From: Actinomycetota bacterium
Lineage (GTDB): Bacteria; Actinomycetota; UBA4738; CALAEC01
Direction of reading: 5' to 3'
Assembly (NCBI GenBank): GCA_036833435.1
Contig: DAITPV010000001.1
Coordinates: 1-43,318 of the forward strand
Length of the DNA: 43,318 nucleotides
The position numbers and the translations under genes are program-made. Within the stretch, counting starts at the first letter, position 1; the number at the start of each line of letters is the position of its first letter. Shown here one piece after another: positions 24,014 to 32,717 of this stretch. The notes beneath the pieces were generated by a model. That model saw only the letters and a program-made list of their open reading frames with translations, searched no databases and was not told where the DNA came from.

Positions 24014-26632
24014 GTGATGAGCGACCTGCCCACCGGGACGGTCACGTTCCTGTTCACGGACATCGAGGGATCCACGAGTCTCCTCCAGGAGCTCGGATCC
24101 GACCAGTACGACCGCCTGCAGGACGAGCACGCGGCCATCGTCAGACGAGCCATCGAGGTCGGCGAGGGTGTTGAGATCCGGACCGAGGGCGACTCGTTCT
24201 TCGCGGTGTTCCCCAAACCCGGCGGGGCTCTCCTGGCCGCCGTCAACGCACAGCGGGACCTGGCGGCCCATCCCTGGCCCGAGGACGCCACCATCCGGAT
24301 CCGCATGGGTCTGCACACCGGCGAGGGCCGTACGGGCGGAGGCGACTACGTGGGGATCGACGTCAACCGGGCCGCTCGCATCGCCGCGGCCGGGCACGGC
24401 GGCCAGGTCCTCATCTCCGACGCCACGCGAGGCCTGGTGGAGCACGACCTGCCCGACGGTGTGCGCATCCGTGAGCTCGGCGCGCACCGCCTGAAGGACA
24501 TCGCCCATCCCGAGCAGCTCTTCGACCTGGTCATCGAGGGGCTTCCCACCGAGTTCCCCTCTCTGAAGACCCTGGACGCACGGCCGAACAACCTTCCTCT
24601 CCGACTCACCAGCTTCGTGGGACGGGAGACCGAGACCGCGGAGACTGCACGACTGCTTGATGACCATCGGCTTGTGACCCTCACCGGGCCCGGCGGAACC
24701 GGGAAGACTCGCCTGGCTCTCGAGGTGGCCGCCGAGGTCCTTCCCCGCTTCGCCGACGGCGCATTCTTCGTGGACCTTGCTCCAGTCGCCGAACCCAGCC
24801 TGGTCGGGCCCACCCTGGGTCGGGAGCTCGGGGTCAGGGAGCAAGCGGGACGAGAACTGTCGGCTACGCTCGCCGACCACCTGGCGGACAAGGAGCTCCT
24901 TCTGGTCCCCGACAACCTCGAGCATCTCCTGGAGGCCACCCCGATCATCGAGCACCTCCTCGCCTCCGCCCCCGGGCTTCGCATCCTTGCCACCAGCCGG
25001 ACACCCCTGGGCCTATACGGAGAACAGGAGCAACCGGTCCCGCCGCTGGTCCTCCCCGACCCGAGTCAACTCCCGAAGGCGGAGGCCCTCTCTCGGAATG
25101 AGGCGGTGGCCCTGTTCGTCGAGCGGGCGCGCGAAGCGAGACCCGACTTCGAGCTCACCTCGGACAACGCTTCCGCCGTTGCCGAGATCTGCGTTCGGCT
25201 GGACGGGTTGCCGCTGGCAATTGAGCTCGCCGCCAGCCGGATCAAGGTTCTTTCTCCTCCCGCGATCCTGGCTCGGCTGGAGCACCGACTCGAGCTGCTC
25301 ACCGCGTCGGCTCGAAACCTTCCGGAGCGGCAGCGCACCCTCCGAGGAGCGATCGAGTGGAGCTACGACCTCCTCGACGAGCATCACCGACGGCTGTTCG
25401 CCCGGCTGTCGGTGTTCTCCGGCGGGGCCGACCTGGAGGCAGCAGAGGCGGTCGGCGGGCTCGGAGTGGAGACGTTGGACGCACTCGCGTCGCTGGTGGA
25501 CCAGAGCCTCCTTCGACGATCGGAGACCTTGAGGCAGGAACCTCGCTTCGGCCTGCTGGAGTCGATCCGCGAATACGCCGGCGAACGACTGGCTGCGGAG
25601 TTCGACGCCGAGGAAACACGCCGTCGCCATGCCCAACACTTCCTGACCCTGGCGGAGGAAGCCGAGCCCCATCTCGCGAGGGAGGAAACGGCGGAATGGC
25701 TCGACCGGATCGAGCTCGAGCACGGCAACATCCTGGATGCCCTCGCGTGGGCGGTCGAAGGGGATGCAGATCGAGGGATGCGAGCCGCGGCGTCCATCTG
25801 GCGCTTCTGGCAGCTCCGCGGCCACATGGCGGTGGGGCGGCTCTGGCTCGAGCGCCTGCTGGCCGTGCCGGGTGGGCGGACCTCCGCGAAAGCCAAGGCT
25901 CACAACGCCGCCGGGAGCCTCGCCTACTGGGCGGCGGACGCCGAGCCGACGGAGCATCACTACCGGGAGGCACTGGCGATCTACCGAGAGCTGGACGACC
26001 GGCCGGGCATCGCTCAGGCCACGTATGACCTTTCGTTCCTTCCGCTCACAGCTCGAACCGGGTTCGAGGAAGCCTTGGACCTTCTCGATTCCGCGATCGA
26101 GCTCTTCCGCGAGGTGGGGAACGAGGACGGTGTGGCCCGGGCCAAGGGTGACCGTGGGCTCCTCCTGTTGATGCTTGGCAAATCTGCTGCAGCCCTTCCT
26201 CTCCTCGAGGAGTCTCTGGCCAAGACCCGAGAGCGAGGGGAGATGTTTCGCTTGATGGACGACACCCTCCGTGTCGCCGAGGCCAAACGGGTACTTGGTC
26301 ATCACGAGGAGGCCCGAGGCCTACAGCTGGAGGCCCTCGACATCGCGGAGCGAGCCACTATTCCAGGCGGGATCGCCGCGATCCTCGAGATCATGGCGGC
26401 GGTGGACTCCGATCAGAACCGCCATGTGCGGGCCATGCGACTGATGGGAGCCGGTCAGTCCATCGCCGTGTCGTTGGGAGACGAGATGGGGGCGCCGCCG
26501 TATCACCTTGCCGACCCAATCGGCGATGCCCGGAAGGCCATCGGCGACGAGGCCACGGAACGTGCGCTGGATGAAGGCCGAGCCATGTCAGAGGAGAAGG
26601 CCATAGCCTACGCTCGGTCAATCGAGGACTGA
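24014..26632 (+). CDS. class III adenylate/guanylate cyclase domain fused to an NB-ARC/STAND ATPase and TPR repeats (paralogue-like of 19233-22325)
   Basis: VTFLFTDIEGSTSLLQELG...EIRTEGDSFFAVF...GLHTGEG is cyclase-type. LTGPGGTGKTRLALEVA is a Walker A and LLVPDNLEHL a Walker B-like motif. A TPR-like C-terminus follows. Confidence 0.88.
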   Translation: MMSDLPTGTVTFLFTDIEGSTSLLQELGSDQYDRLQDEHAAIVRRAIEVGEGVEIRTEGDSFFAVFPKPGGALLAAVNAQRDLAAHPWPEDATIRIRMGLHTGEGRTGGGDYVGIDVNRAARIAAAGHGGQVLISDATRGLVEHDLPDGVRIRELGAHRLKDIAHPEQLFDLVIEGLPTEFPSLKTLDARPNNLPLRLTSFVGRETETAETARLLDDHRLVTLTGPGGTGKTRLALEVAAEVLPRFADGAFFVDLAPVAEPSLVGPTLGRELGVREQAGRELSATLADHLADKELLLVPDNLEHLLEATPIIEHLLASAPGLRILATSRTPLGLYGEQEQPVPPLVLPDPSQLPKAEALSRNEAVALFVERAREARPDFELTSDNASAVAEICVRLDGLPLAIELAASRIKVLSPPAILARLEHRLELLTASARNLPERQRTLRGAIEWSYDLLDEHHRRLFARLSVFSGGADLEAAEAVGGLGVETLDALASLVDQSLLRRSETLRQEPRFGLLESIREYAGERLAAEFDAEETRRRHAQHFLTLAEEAEPHLAREETAEWLDRIELEHGNILDALAWAVEGDADRGMRAAASIWRFWQLRGHMAVGRLWLERLLAVPGGRTSAKAKAHNAAGSLAYWAADAEPTEHHYREALAIYRELDDRPGIAQATYDLSFLPLTARTGFEEALDLLDSAIELFREVGNEDGVARAKGDRGLLLLMLGKSAAALPLLEESLAKTRERGEMFRLMDDTLRVAEAKRVLGHHEEARGLQLEALDIAERATIPGGIAAILEIMAAVDSDQNRHVRAMRLMGAGQSIAVSLGDEMGAPPYHLADPIGDARKAIGDEATERALDEGRAMSEEKAIAYARSIED

Positions 26633-27768
26633 TGGGTCTGATCACGCGCCTTCTCCCCCTGGCACTGCTGCTTGTCGCCCTGCCGGCGCCGGCTTCTCAT
26701 GCGCAGGGGCAAGACCCGCTGCAAGATCGGGTCCTGGGGGAGCTTCGGGAGTTCACGGACTGGCTTCAGCGGTACGGCGTCGATGGGTACATCGGTGAGG
26801 TCGGATGGCCCGACGACGGGCGTGGCGATGCGGCCCAGTGGAACGCCCTCGCGGAGGCGTGGTTCACCCAGGCTGACGCCGCCGGTCTGTGGGTCCACTA
26901 CTGGGCTACAGGCGAATGGTGGGGGACAAAGTACCTGCTGGCAGCGTACGAGGACCGAGACCCCGCGGCGGGCGTGGACGCTCCGAACAGCCAGGCACCG
27001 ATCCTCGAGGCCCACCTCGGGACGGGGCGAGGGATCGTGGACGCGGGCGGGGAATTTGGAGAGGCCCCCACCACCGATCGAACCAGCACGTTCTCGAACG
27101 AACATCCAGGTGCGTACGGGCACGAGTACCACTACGACACCGCCGCGACGTTCGCGTTCCTGGCTTCTCGAGGCATCCGGATGGTCAAGATCCCTTTCCG
27201 GTGGGAGCGGCTCCAGCCAAAGCCGGGCGGTCGCCTCGATCCCAAGGAGCTCCGCCGACTCAGGGCGGTTGTCGAACGAGCGGGCGCCGCCGGGCTCGAC
27301 GTGGTCCTGGACGTGCACAACTTCGGGGCCTACTACCTGGAGCGGGATGGGGTGGGACACCGGTGCGCGATCGGGCAGCGCGACTGCACGGTGGGCGACT
27401 TCGCCGACCTGTGGCGCAGAATCGCGGCGGCGTTCAGGGGTTCCGCTGACGTTGTCGGTTACACCCTGATGACCGAGCCCGTGGCCATGAAGCCCGTCGG
27501 CTCACGATCGCCGGCCGAGGTGTGGCGCAGGGCTTCCCAGGCAGCCGTCAAGGCGATCCGCCGTGCAGGCGAGAATGACGCGGTCCTGTTCGTCTCGGGC
27601 TATCACTGGTCCGGCACCCACGACTGGAGCCACTGGAACCCCCAGCCCTGGATCACCGACCCGGCGGACCTCATCCGCTACGAGGCTCACCACTACTGGG
27701 ACCGAGACCACTCCGGCTCCTACCGGCACACGTATGCCGAAGAGGTCGCTGCCTCCAGAGCGCCGTAG
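26632..27768 (+). CDS. secreted glycoside hydrolase family 5-like (cellulase superfamily) protein
   Basis: Signal-like N-terminus, then MVKIPFRWERLQP, VVLDVHNFG and YTLMTEP (NEP-like acid/base position). The start overlaps the upstream stop (TGATG). Confidence 0.65.
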   Translation: MGLITRLLPLALLLVALPAPASHAQGQDPLQDRVLGELREFTDWLQRYGVDGYIGEVGWPDDGRGDAAQWNALAEAWFTQADAAGLWVHYWATGEWWGTKYLLAAYEDRDPAAGVDAPNSQAPILEAHLGTGRGIVDAGGEFGEAPTTDRTSTFSNEHPGAYGHEYHYDTAATFAFLASRGIRMVKIPFRWERLQPKPGGRLDPKELRRLRAVVERAGAAGLDVVLDVHNFGAYYLERDGVGHRCAIGQRDCTVGDFADLWRRIAAAFRGSADVVGYTLMTEPVAMKPVGSRSPAEVWRRASQAAVKAIRRAGENDAVLFVSGYHWSGTHDWSHWNPQPWITDPADLIRYEAHHYWDRDHSGSYRHTYAEEVAASRAP

Positions 27769-27793
27769 CCCCAGCCTGCGATAGGTTCGGGTC

Positions 27794-28540
27794 GTGGCGC
27801 TCCCTTGGAAGCGATTCGTCGCGCTCGGAGACAGCATGACCGAGGGTGTGGGCGATCCCGGGCCCGGCGGCCGGCTGCGAGGGTGGGCCGACCGCCTGGC
27901 CAAGTCACTGATTGCGGCCGACGGAACCCTCTCCTACACGAACCTGGCCCGCCGAGGACTCAAGACCGAGGAGGTCCGCCGGCACCAGCTCCAGCGGGCG
28001 CTCGAGCTCCGGCCGGGCCTGGCCTCCGCCCTCGTGGGCATGAACGACCTGTTGGACCCCAACTTCGACGTGGCCCGCTTCGAGCGAGAGCTCGAGGCCA
28101 TCGTCGGTCCGCTGCGCGAGACCGGCGCCCTGGTGCTCATGGCCACGTTCCCGGACATCACGGCGTTCTCGCCGCTCCCCGCTCGATTCACAACTGGGAT
28201 CCGAGCCCGGCTTCGCGCCGCCAGCGAGGCCGTCCGGGAAGTCTCGGCCCGCCACGGCGCGCTGCTGCTCGACGCCGACGACGTGCCCGAGTCCCGGGAG
28301 CGCGAGGTGATCAGCGTCGACCGGCTGCACCCCGGCCCTCGAGGGCACGTTCTCATCGCCCAGACGTTCGCCCGCCTCCTCGAGGAGCACAGCGGCGTTC
28401 CGATCCCCCAACCCGAGGGAAGCGACGTCGCCAGCAAGCTCGCCCAAGCCCGGTGGCTGGTCCGCCAGTTCAAGCCGGCCGAGGTGGCCCGGTTTGTGTA
28501 TCGCTTCTACCTGGCGCCCCGCCGCCGGACGAGCACGTAG
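27794..28540 (+). CDS. SGNH/GDSL family hydrolase
   Basis: Block I is FVALGDSMTEG, block III is VGMNDL, and the C-terminal block is DRLHPGPRGH (D-x-x-H). Confidence 0.85.
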   Translation: MALPWKRFVALGDSMTEGVGDPGPGGRLRGWADRLAKSLIAADGTLSYTNLARRGLKTEEVRRHQLQRALELRPGLASALVGMNDLLDPNFDVARFERELEAIVGPLRETGALVLMATFPDITAFSPLPARFTTGIRARLRAASEAVREVSARHGALLLDADDVPESREREVISVDRLHPGPRGHVLIAQTFARLLEEHSGVPIPQPEGSDVASKLAQARWLVRQFKPAEVARFVYRFYLAPRRRTST

Positions 28541-28547
28541 AGGAGCA

Positions 28548-29033
28548 TCAACTCTCCTGGGACCCTCGAGTCCGGCGAGGCGGAAGAGCTCGGCTCGCCA
28601 AGAGATCTGCCTCGGTGTTCATCTCGCGAGGCACCCAGGACAGCCTGCGGTCGGTGAAGGACTCGTACAGAGCACGCGCCTCGGCCTGAAGACTCTTGAG
28701 ATGCTCGTCCTTGAGATCCCAATCGCCCCCGACGGTGTTGACCACAAGCTCTGAGTCGAGGAACACCCGGATCTTGTCCACCCCATAGGTCCGAGCGAGC
28801 TTGAGCCCCTCGATGAGCGCCCGGAATTCAGCCGTGTGGTGATCCGGGGCCACCCCGATCGGCTCCGAGATAGCCTCGACCAGCGAATTATCGGAATCCC
28901 TCAGGACCACTCCGATGGCGGCTTCTCCTCCAGGTTGACCGAGAGTGGCGACCATCCCGCCGTCAGCGTTGAGCGTGTACAGGCCGCGCTTGGGCCGGGG
29001 ACTCGCGGTGATCGGCGCCTCGGGTTCCGCCAC
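28548..29033 (-). CDS. RNase H family protein (RNase HI-like)
   Basis: The DEDD residues occur in LNADGG, HTAEFRALIEGL, FLDSELVV and NTEADLLA. Confidence 0.8.
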   Translation of the reverse strand: MAEPEAPITASPRPKRGLYTLNADGGMVATLGQPGGEAAIGVVLRDSDNSLVEAISEPIGVAPDHHTAEFRALIEGLKLARTYGVDKIRVFLDSELVVNTVGGDWDLKDEHLKSLQAEARALYESFTDRRLSWVPREMNTEADLLASRALPPRRTRGSQES

Positions 29034-29144
29034 TCGAAAACGGAGCGTACCGCAGCCGTTCCGACGTGCCTGGCCATGTCACTGGGTGCCTCTAACCTCA
29101 GTTCGGAAAGGAAACCGAATGGGGCAAGCCATCTACCTCGAGGT

Positions 29145-29176
29145 TTGCAGGCTAGCATGACAGCGTGATAGCATGC
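29145..29176 (+). promoter_or_regulatory. putative promoter/operator of the antitoxin-doc operon
   Basis: TTGCAG (29145-29150), 18-nt spacer, TAGCAT (29169-29174). The direct repeat TAGCATG occurs at 29153-29159 and 29169-29175 and could be an RHH operator. Confidence 0.3.
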
Positions 29177-29202
29177 CTGCACATGGACCGAAGGAGGTTG
29201 GC

Positions 29203-29430
29203 ATGGCTGAGGAAACCCGAAGCGCCGTCCTTACCATCCGAGCCCCGAGAGAGGTGCACGAAACATTGAAAGCCGTGGCGTTTGCGACGGGCCAGAGCAT
29301 CAACGAGATCGTGCTTCATGCCATTCGCGAGCACCTATCGACGCAGGAGCATCGAGACCTGGTGGACGGGCTCCTTGAACGCGCCCGGGAGCAATACCGA
29401 ATAGCGCTGGACAAACTGGCGGACCTTTAG
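29203..29430 (+). CDS. ribbon-helix-helix (Arc/CopG-like) antitoxin
   Basis: MAEETRSAVLTIRAPREVHETLKAVAFATGQSINEIVLHAIREHL has an RHH beta-strand plus two helices. The SD GAAGGAGG lies 5 nt upstream of ATG 29203, which I prefer to the track ATG at 29173. It lies directly upstream of a Doc toxin. Confidence 0.7.
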   Translation: MAEETRSAVLTIRAPREVHETLKAVAFATGQSINEIVLHAIREHLSTQEHRDLVDGLLERAREQYRIALDKLADL

Positions 29431-29445
29431 GAGGAGGCGAGACGG

Positions 29446-29859
29446 ATCAGGTACCTGACAGCGGACGACATCACTCGGGCCAACGCGCTCGCTCTGGGCC
29501 GCAGCCCTCAGCCGGTCCGCTCCCTCCTCGAGGCGGCGGCTGCCAGGCCGGCAGCGTCCGCGGGCGGAGTCGATGCCTTCGCCACCGTTCACTCGAAGGC
29601 GGCCGCCCTCTTCCACGCCATCGTTCGGGATCACCCGTTCGACGATGGAAACAAGCGCACAGCGGTGCTCGCCACGTTCGCGTTCTACGCCCTCAACGGG
29701 TGGTGGGTCGAAGCGACGCAGGACGAAGTCATCGATCTCGCCGTTGGATCGGCCGCCGGCGAGCTGACTGTCGAGGACATCGAGAAGCGCCTGGCAGAGT
29801 GGGCATCACCCCTCACGGGCGACGGGAGGGAAAGCGTGACCGGAGAGGAGGGCCGCTGA
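29446..29859 (+). CDS. doc: Doc (death-on-curing) / Fic-family toxin with a non-canonical or lost start codon
   Basis: The frame reads IRYLTADDITRANALALG...FHAIVRDHPFDDGNKRTAVLATFAFYALNGW, including the Fic/Doc motif HPFxDGNKR. There is no ATG/GTG/TTG in frame between the antitoxin TAG (29428-29430) and GTG 29665, which lies downstream of the motif. AGGAGGAGG (29429-29437) sits 8 nt before ATC 29446. Whatever the start, the 5' end is uncertain. Confidence 0.7.
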   Translation: MRYLTADDITRANALALGRSPQPVRSLLEAAAARPAASAGGVDAFATVHSKAAALFHAIVRDHPFDDGNKRTAVLATFAFYALNGWWVEATQDEVIDLAVGSAAGELTVEDIEKRLAEWASPLTGDGRESVTGEEGR

Positions 29860-30683
29860 TGCCGACCATCGAGAGCGGCTTCAAGCGCATCGGGGCGAGG
29901 GTTCGGGTCATGCCAACCGATAGGAATCCACGCTTCGATGTCGTGCGGGAGCGGCGGGGTGAGGTGTTCGAGCTCCGCTTGTCTTCGAGGGTCGATGTCT
30001 CGGTATTGGACATCGATGAGCCCGACCGACACCTCCTGTTGCTGATGCGTGACGGCGCGATCAAGTCTCGATTTCTGTGTGGGCATGATGAACGGCAGTG
30101 GTTCGTCGCGGCCATTCCGGAGTCCTCGCCGATCTCGACGGTTCGGCAGGCGAAGGAAGCACTCAAGCCTGATCTCGTCCTCGAGCGCCAGGCACAGGTC
30201 AAGAGGAAGCTGCGGGCCCGCCGCCAGAATCCGGCTTACGTGCGGCAGGGGGAATGGTTCTTCGTTCCCATGCCTGACATGCGAGTGGACCCGATGTATG
30301 TCCGGCGCCGCGAGCCACTCTCGCGTGGGCCTGGGAGCAACACCCATCTCGCGGAGGAAGCGGTCCGATGGGGCGGAGTGACCGTCTACGTTCTCCGTGT
30401 GGCGCGCCTGCGGGATCGCCAGAGGCTCGACACGTATCTCGACGAGATGGCCTGGGATCCGGCCACCGGACTGACGCAGGAACAATACGAGACCCTGCTG
30501 AGCGAGTTCCCAGAGGCGAGCCACTGGTCCTGGCAGATCATGCGCCGCGATCCCGAGGTGTACGTGCGGGGAAGGGTGTCACACCCGGAGCACCGGACCG
30601 TCGTGCTGCCCGGATGGCACCGGGTACTTATGAATACCGAGCCTCAGGCGCGTGCCCGAGCGAACGTCGTGTTCCTGGACTGA
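29859..30683 (+). CDS. hypothetical protein translationally coupled to doc
   Basis: ATG 29859 overlaps the doc TGA (TGATG). 274 aa, containing FLCGHDERQWFVAAIP and RQGEWFFVPMP. I recognise no family. Confidence 0.55.
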   Translation: MPTIESGFKRIGARVRVMPTDRNPRFDVVRERRGEVFELRLSSRVDVSVLDIDEPDRHLLLLMRDGAIKSRFLCGHDERQWFVAAIPESSPISTVRQAKEALKPDLVLERQAQVKRKLRARRQNPAYVRQGEWFFVPMPDMRVDPMYVRRREPLSRGPGSNTHLAEEAVRWGGVTVYVLRVARLRDRQRLDTYLDEMAWDPATGLTQEQYETLLSEFPEASHWSWQIMRRDPEVYVRGRVSHPEHRTVVLPGWHRVLMNTEPQARARANVVFLD

Positions 30684-30706
30684 CGCAGCTCTCCGGCCCT
30701 GGGTAG

Positions 30707-32029
30707 CTACGAGTACGTCCAGTCGGGACGCTTGCGTGCGTAGGTCTCATCGTAGGTGAACCGGCCCGCGTCCTCGTCCCAGTCCACGATCTTCGGAAGC
30801 ACGAGGTCCCGGGGAGATGGGCACCGTCGGTCGAAGTGGTCACGAAACTCGCGCTCGAACGAGAGGAACAGGCTCTGCATCAGCAGGCTGGTCCCAGTAG
30901 GAAGGGCGCACTTCTGACCGTCGGTGGACGAGCGGGCTCGCGAGAGGGCCACGTCGAGATCGCCGCCGCCCTCCCCTCGCTCCAGGCCTTCGAGGAACTC
31001 GAGGACATCAGCGGAGTTGAGCTTGCATGGAGGACATTGGCCGCACGACTCCACGTGGAGGAACCGGCAGAACAGCAGGGAGGCCTGGACGATGCACGTG
31101 GTCTCGTCGTACACGGCGAACCCGCCGGCTCCCAGGCCCGAGCCAACTGCGGCCATGCTCTCGAACGCCAGCGGCGTGTCGAGCTGGGCAGGGAGGATCG
31201 CGGTGTTCGAGGCCCCGGGAAAGATGGCCTTCACCTCGCGCCCCTCCCTGACCCCGCCGGCCAGGTCCAAGAGCTGACGCAAGGGCGCCCCCATCGGAGC
31301 CTCATAGACACCTTCGCGCTCGACGTCGCCGGCCACCGTGAACAGCATGGTTCCGGGCGACGCGTCGGTTCCCCACTGGCGCAGCCAGTCCGGCCCATCC
31401 GCCAGGATGTGGGAGACGTTCGAGAGTGTCTCCACGTTGTTGACCGCCGTGGGATTCTCGTTGGGAGGCCGGGCGAACAGCCCCAGGACGTAGGGCTGGG
31501 CCGCCCGGGGCAACGGGTCACGCTCCTCGATCACTTCCAGAAGGCCGGTCTCTTCTCCCAGGAGATAGTGATCGGGCCCCGCCACCAGGCCGATCGAGAC
31601 CGGCAGGGCATCGGCATTCTCCATCTCGCGGAGGGCACGAGTCAGCAGCTCGATCTCGGTGGCGAACGAGTCCTTGATCCCGATGAATGCCTGCTCGGCG
31701 CCGACCGCGTAGGCGGCGATCTCCAGCCCGTCGATCACTCGGTACGGATTGCGGCGGATCAGCAGACGATCCTTGTAGGTGGCCGGCTCCCCTTCCGCCG
31801 TATTGCACACGACGTACCTGGACCCGGTTCCGGTCGTCCGTACCGCCAGCCACTTCCGGCCGGTGGGGAACCCGCCGCCGCCCCGGCCCCGCAGCCCTGA
31901 GAACGACACCTCTTCGATCACTTGCTCGGGGGCCATGGCCAGGGCCCGTTCCAGGCCCCGGCCCCCGCCCCCATCCACGTACTCGTCGAACGAGGAGGCC
32001 GCGTGCTCCAGGAGGGCCATCGAACTCAT
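30707..32029 (-). CDS. NuoF-like NADH dehydrogenase flavoprotein (51 kDa subunit family), not in a nuo operon
   Basis: GLRGRGGGGFPTGRKW is the FMN/NADH-site motif, YVVCNTAEGEPATYKDR follows, and ESCGQCPPCK is the 4Fe-4S motif. I chose the start at ATG 32029 with the GGAGTGAAAGG SD. The track's longer start at 32170 has an implausible N-terminus. Confidence 0.8.
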   Translation of the reverse strand: MSSMALLEHAASSFDEYVDGGGGRGLERALAMAPEQVIEEVSFSGLRGRGGGGFPTGRKWLAVRTTGTGSRYVVCNTAEGEPATYKDRLLIRRNPYRVIDGLEIAAYAVGAEQAFIGIKDSFATEIELLTRALREMENADALPVSIGLVAGPDHYLLGEETGLLEVIEERDPLPRAAQPYVLGLFARPPNENPTAVNNVETLSNVSHILADGPDWLRQWGTDASPGTMLFTVAGDVEREGVYEAPMGAPLRQLLDLAGGVREGREVKAIFPGASNTAILPAQLDTPLAFESMAAVGSGLGAGGFAVYDETTCIVQASLLFCRFLHVESCGQCPPCKLNSADVLEFLEGLERGEGGGDLDVALSRARSSTDGQKCALPTGTSLLMQSLFLSFEREFRDHFDRRCPSPRDLVLPKIVDWDEDAGRFTYDETYARKRPDWTYS

Positions 32030-32067
32030 CCTTTCACTCCGGCCGAGTATGCGATTCTGGGTCCGAA

Positions 32068-32691
32068 ATGCCGAAGGATCCGCTCGAGGACTATCGCCGC
32101 AAGCGCGACAGCAAGAAGACGCCGGAGCCGGCCGGGCGAAGAGCCAAGTCTGGCTCACAGCGCAAGCCACGGTTCGTCATCCAGCAACACGACGCCACCG
32201 CCATGCACTGGGACTTCCGCCTGGAAGCGGAGGGCGTGCTGAAGTCGTGGGCCGTCCCCAAGGGTCCGTCCACCGACCCTCGGGAGAAGCGCCTGGCGAT
32301 GCCCACCGAGGACCATCCCATCGAGTACCGAACGTTCGAAGGAGTCATCCCCGACGGCGAGTACGGAGCCGGGCCGGTCATCGTGTGGGACGCCGGCACG
32401 TACCGGAACCTGACCGACAAGAAGGGCCAGGAGATCCCGGTTGAGGAAGGTGTCCGGAAGGGACATGTGAAGGTGTTCCTCGAGGGGGAGAAGCTCCAGG
32501 GCGCCTACGCCCTGACCAGAACCGGCCAGGGCGATCGGCCCCGGTGGATCCTGGTCAAGATGAAGGATGAGTATGCGGACGCCCGCCGAAACCCGGTCCG
32601 CAGCGAACCTCAGTCGGTGATCAGCGGCAAGACCCTCAAGGACCTCGGCCTGAGGAAACGCGGAACGAGGCGCCGGCGAACCGGGAGCTGA
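32068..32691 (+). CDS. standalone LigD-type 3'-phosphoesterase domain protein
   Basis: From ATG 32068 the translation reads MPKDPLEDYRRKRDSKKTPEP...RFVIQQHDATAMHWDFRLE..VLKSWAVPKGPS...MPTEDHPIEYRTFEGVIP..YGAG.VIVWD.G, the characteristic LigD PE domain. The track start at 31687 is antisense to the NuoF-like gene. Confidence 0.88.
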   Translation: MPKDPLEDYRRKRDSKKTPEPAGRRAKSGSQRKPRFVIQQHDATAMHWDFRLEAEGVLKSWAVPKGPSTDPREKRLAMPTEDHPIEYRTFEGVIPDGEYGAGPVIVWDAGTYRNLTDKKGQEIPVEEGVRKGHVKVFLEGEKLQGAYALTRTGQGDRPRWILVKMKDEYADARRNPVRSEPQSVISGKTLKDLGLRKRGTRRRRTGS

Positions 32692-32717
32692 TCCTGGCCA
32701 CCGGTCTCCTCGACACG

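Noticed and set aside
23912-26305. Minus-strand ORFs 23912-24955 (347 aa) and 25013-26305 (430 aa), and many 80-250 aa ORFs in both strands
   Set aside because: They are antisense or out of frame within the cyclase-STAND-TPR gene 24014-26632 and have no motifs.
29700-29858. Track start at 29700 for the gene after doc
   Set aside because: It overlaps doc in another frame with an Arg-rich nonsense N-terminus. ATG 29859, overlapping the doc stop, is the natural start.
31687-32170. Extended starts for LigD-PE (31687) and the NuoF-like gene (32170)
   Set aside because: The extensions are mutually antisense, low-complexity and precede good internal ATG+SD starts (32068 and 32029).
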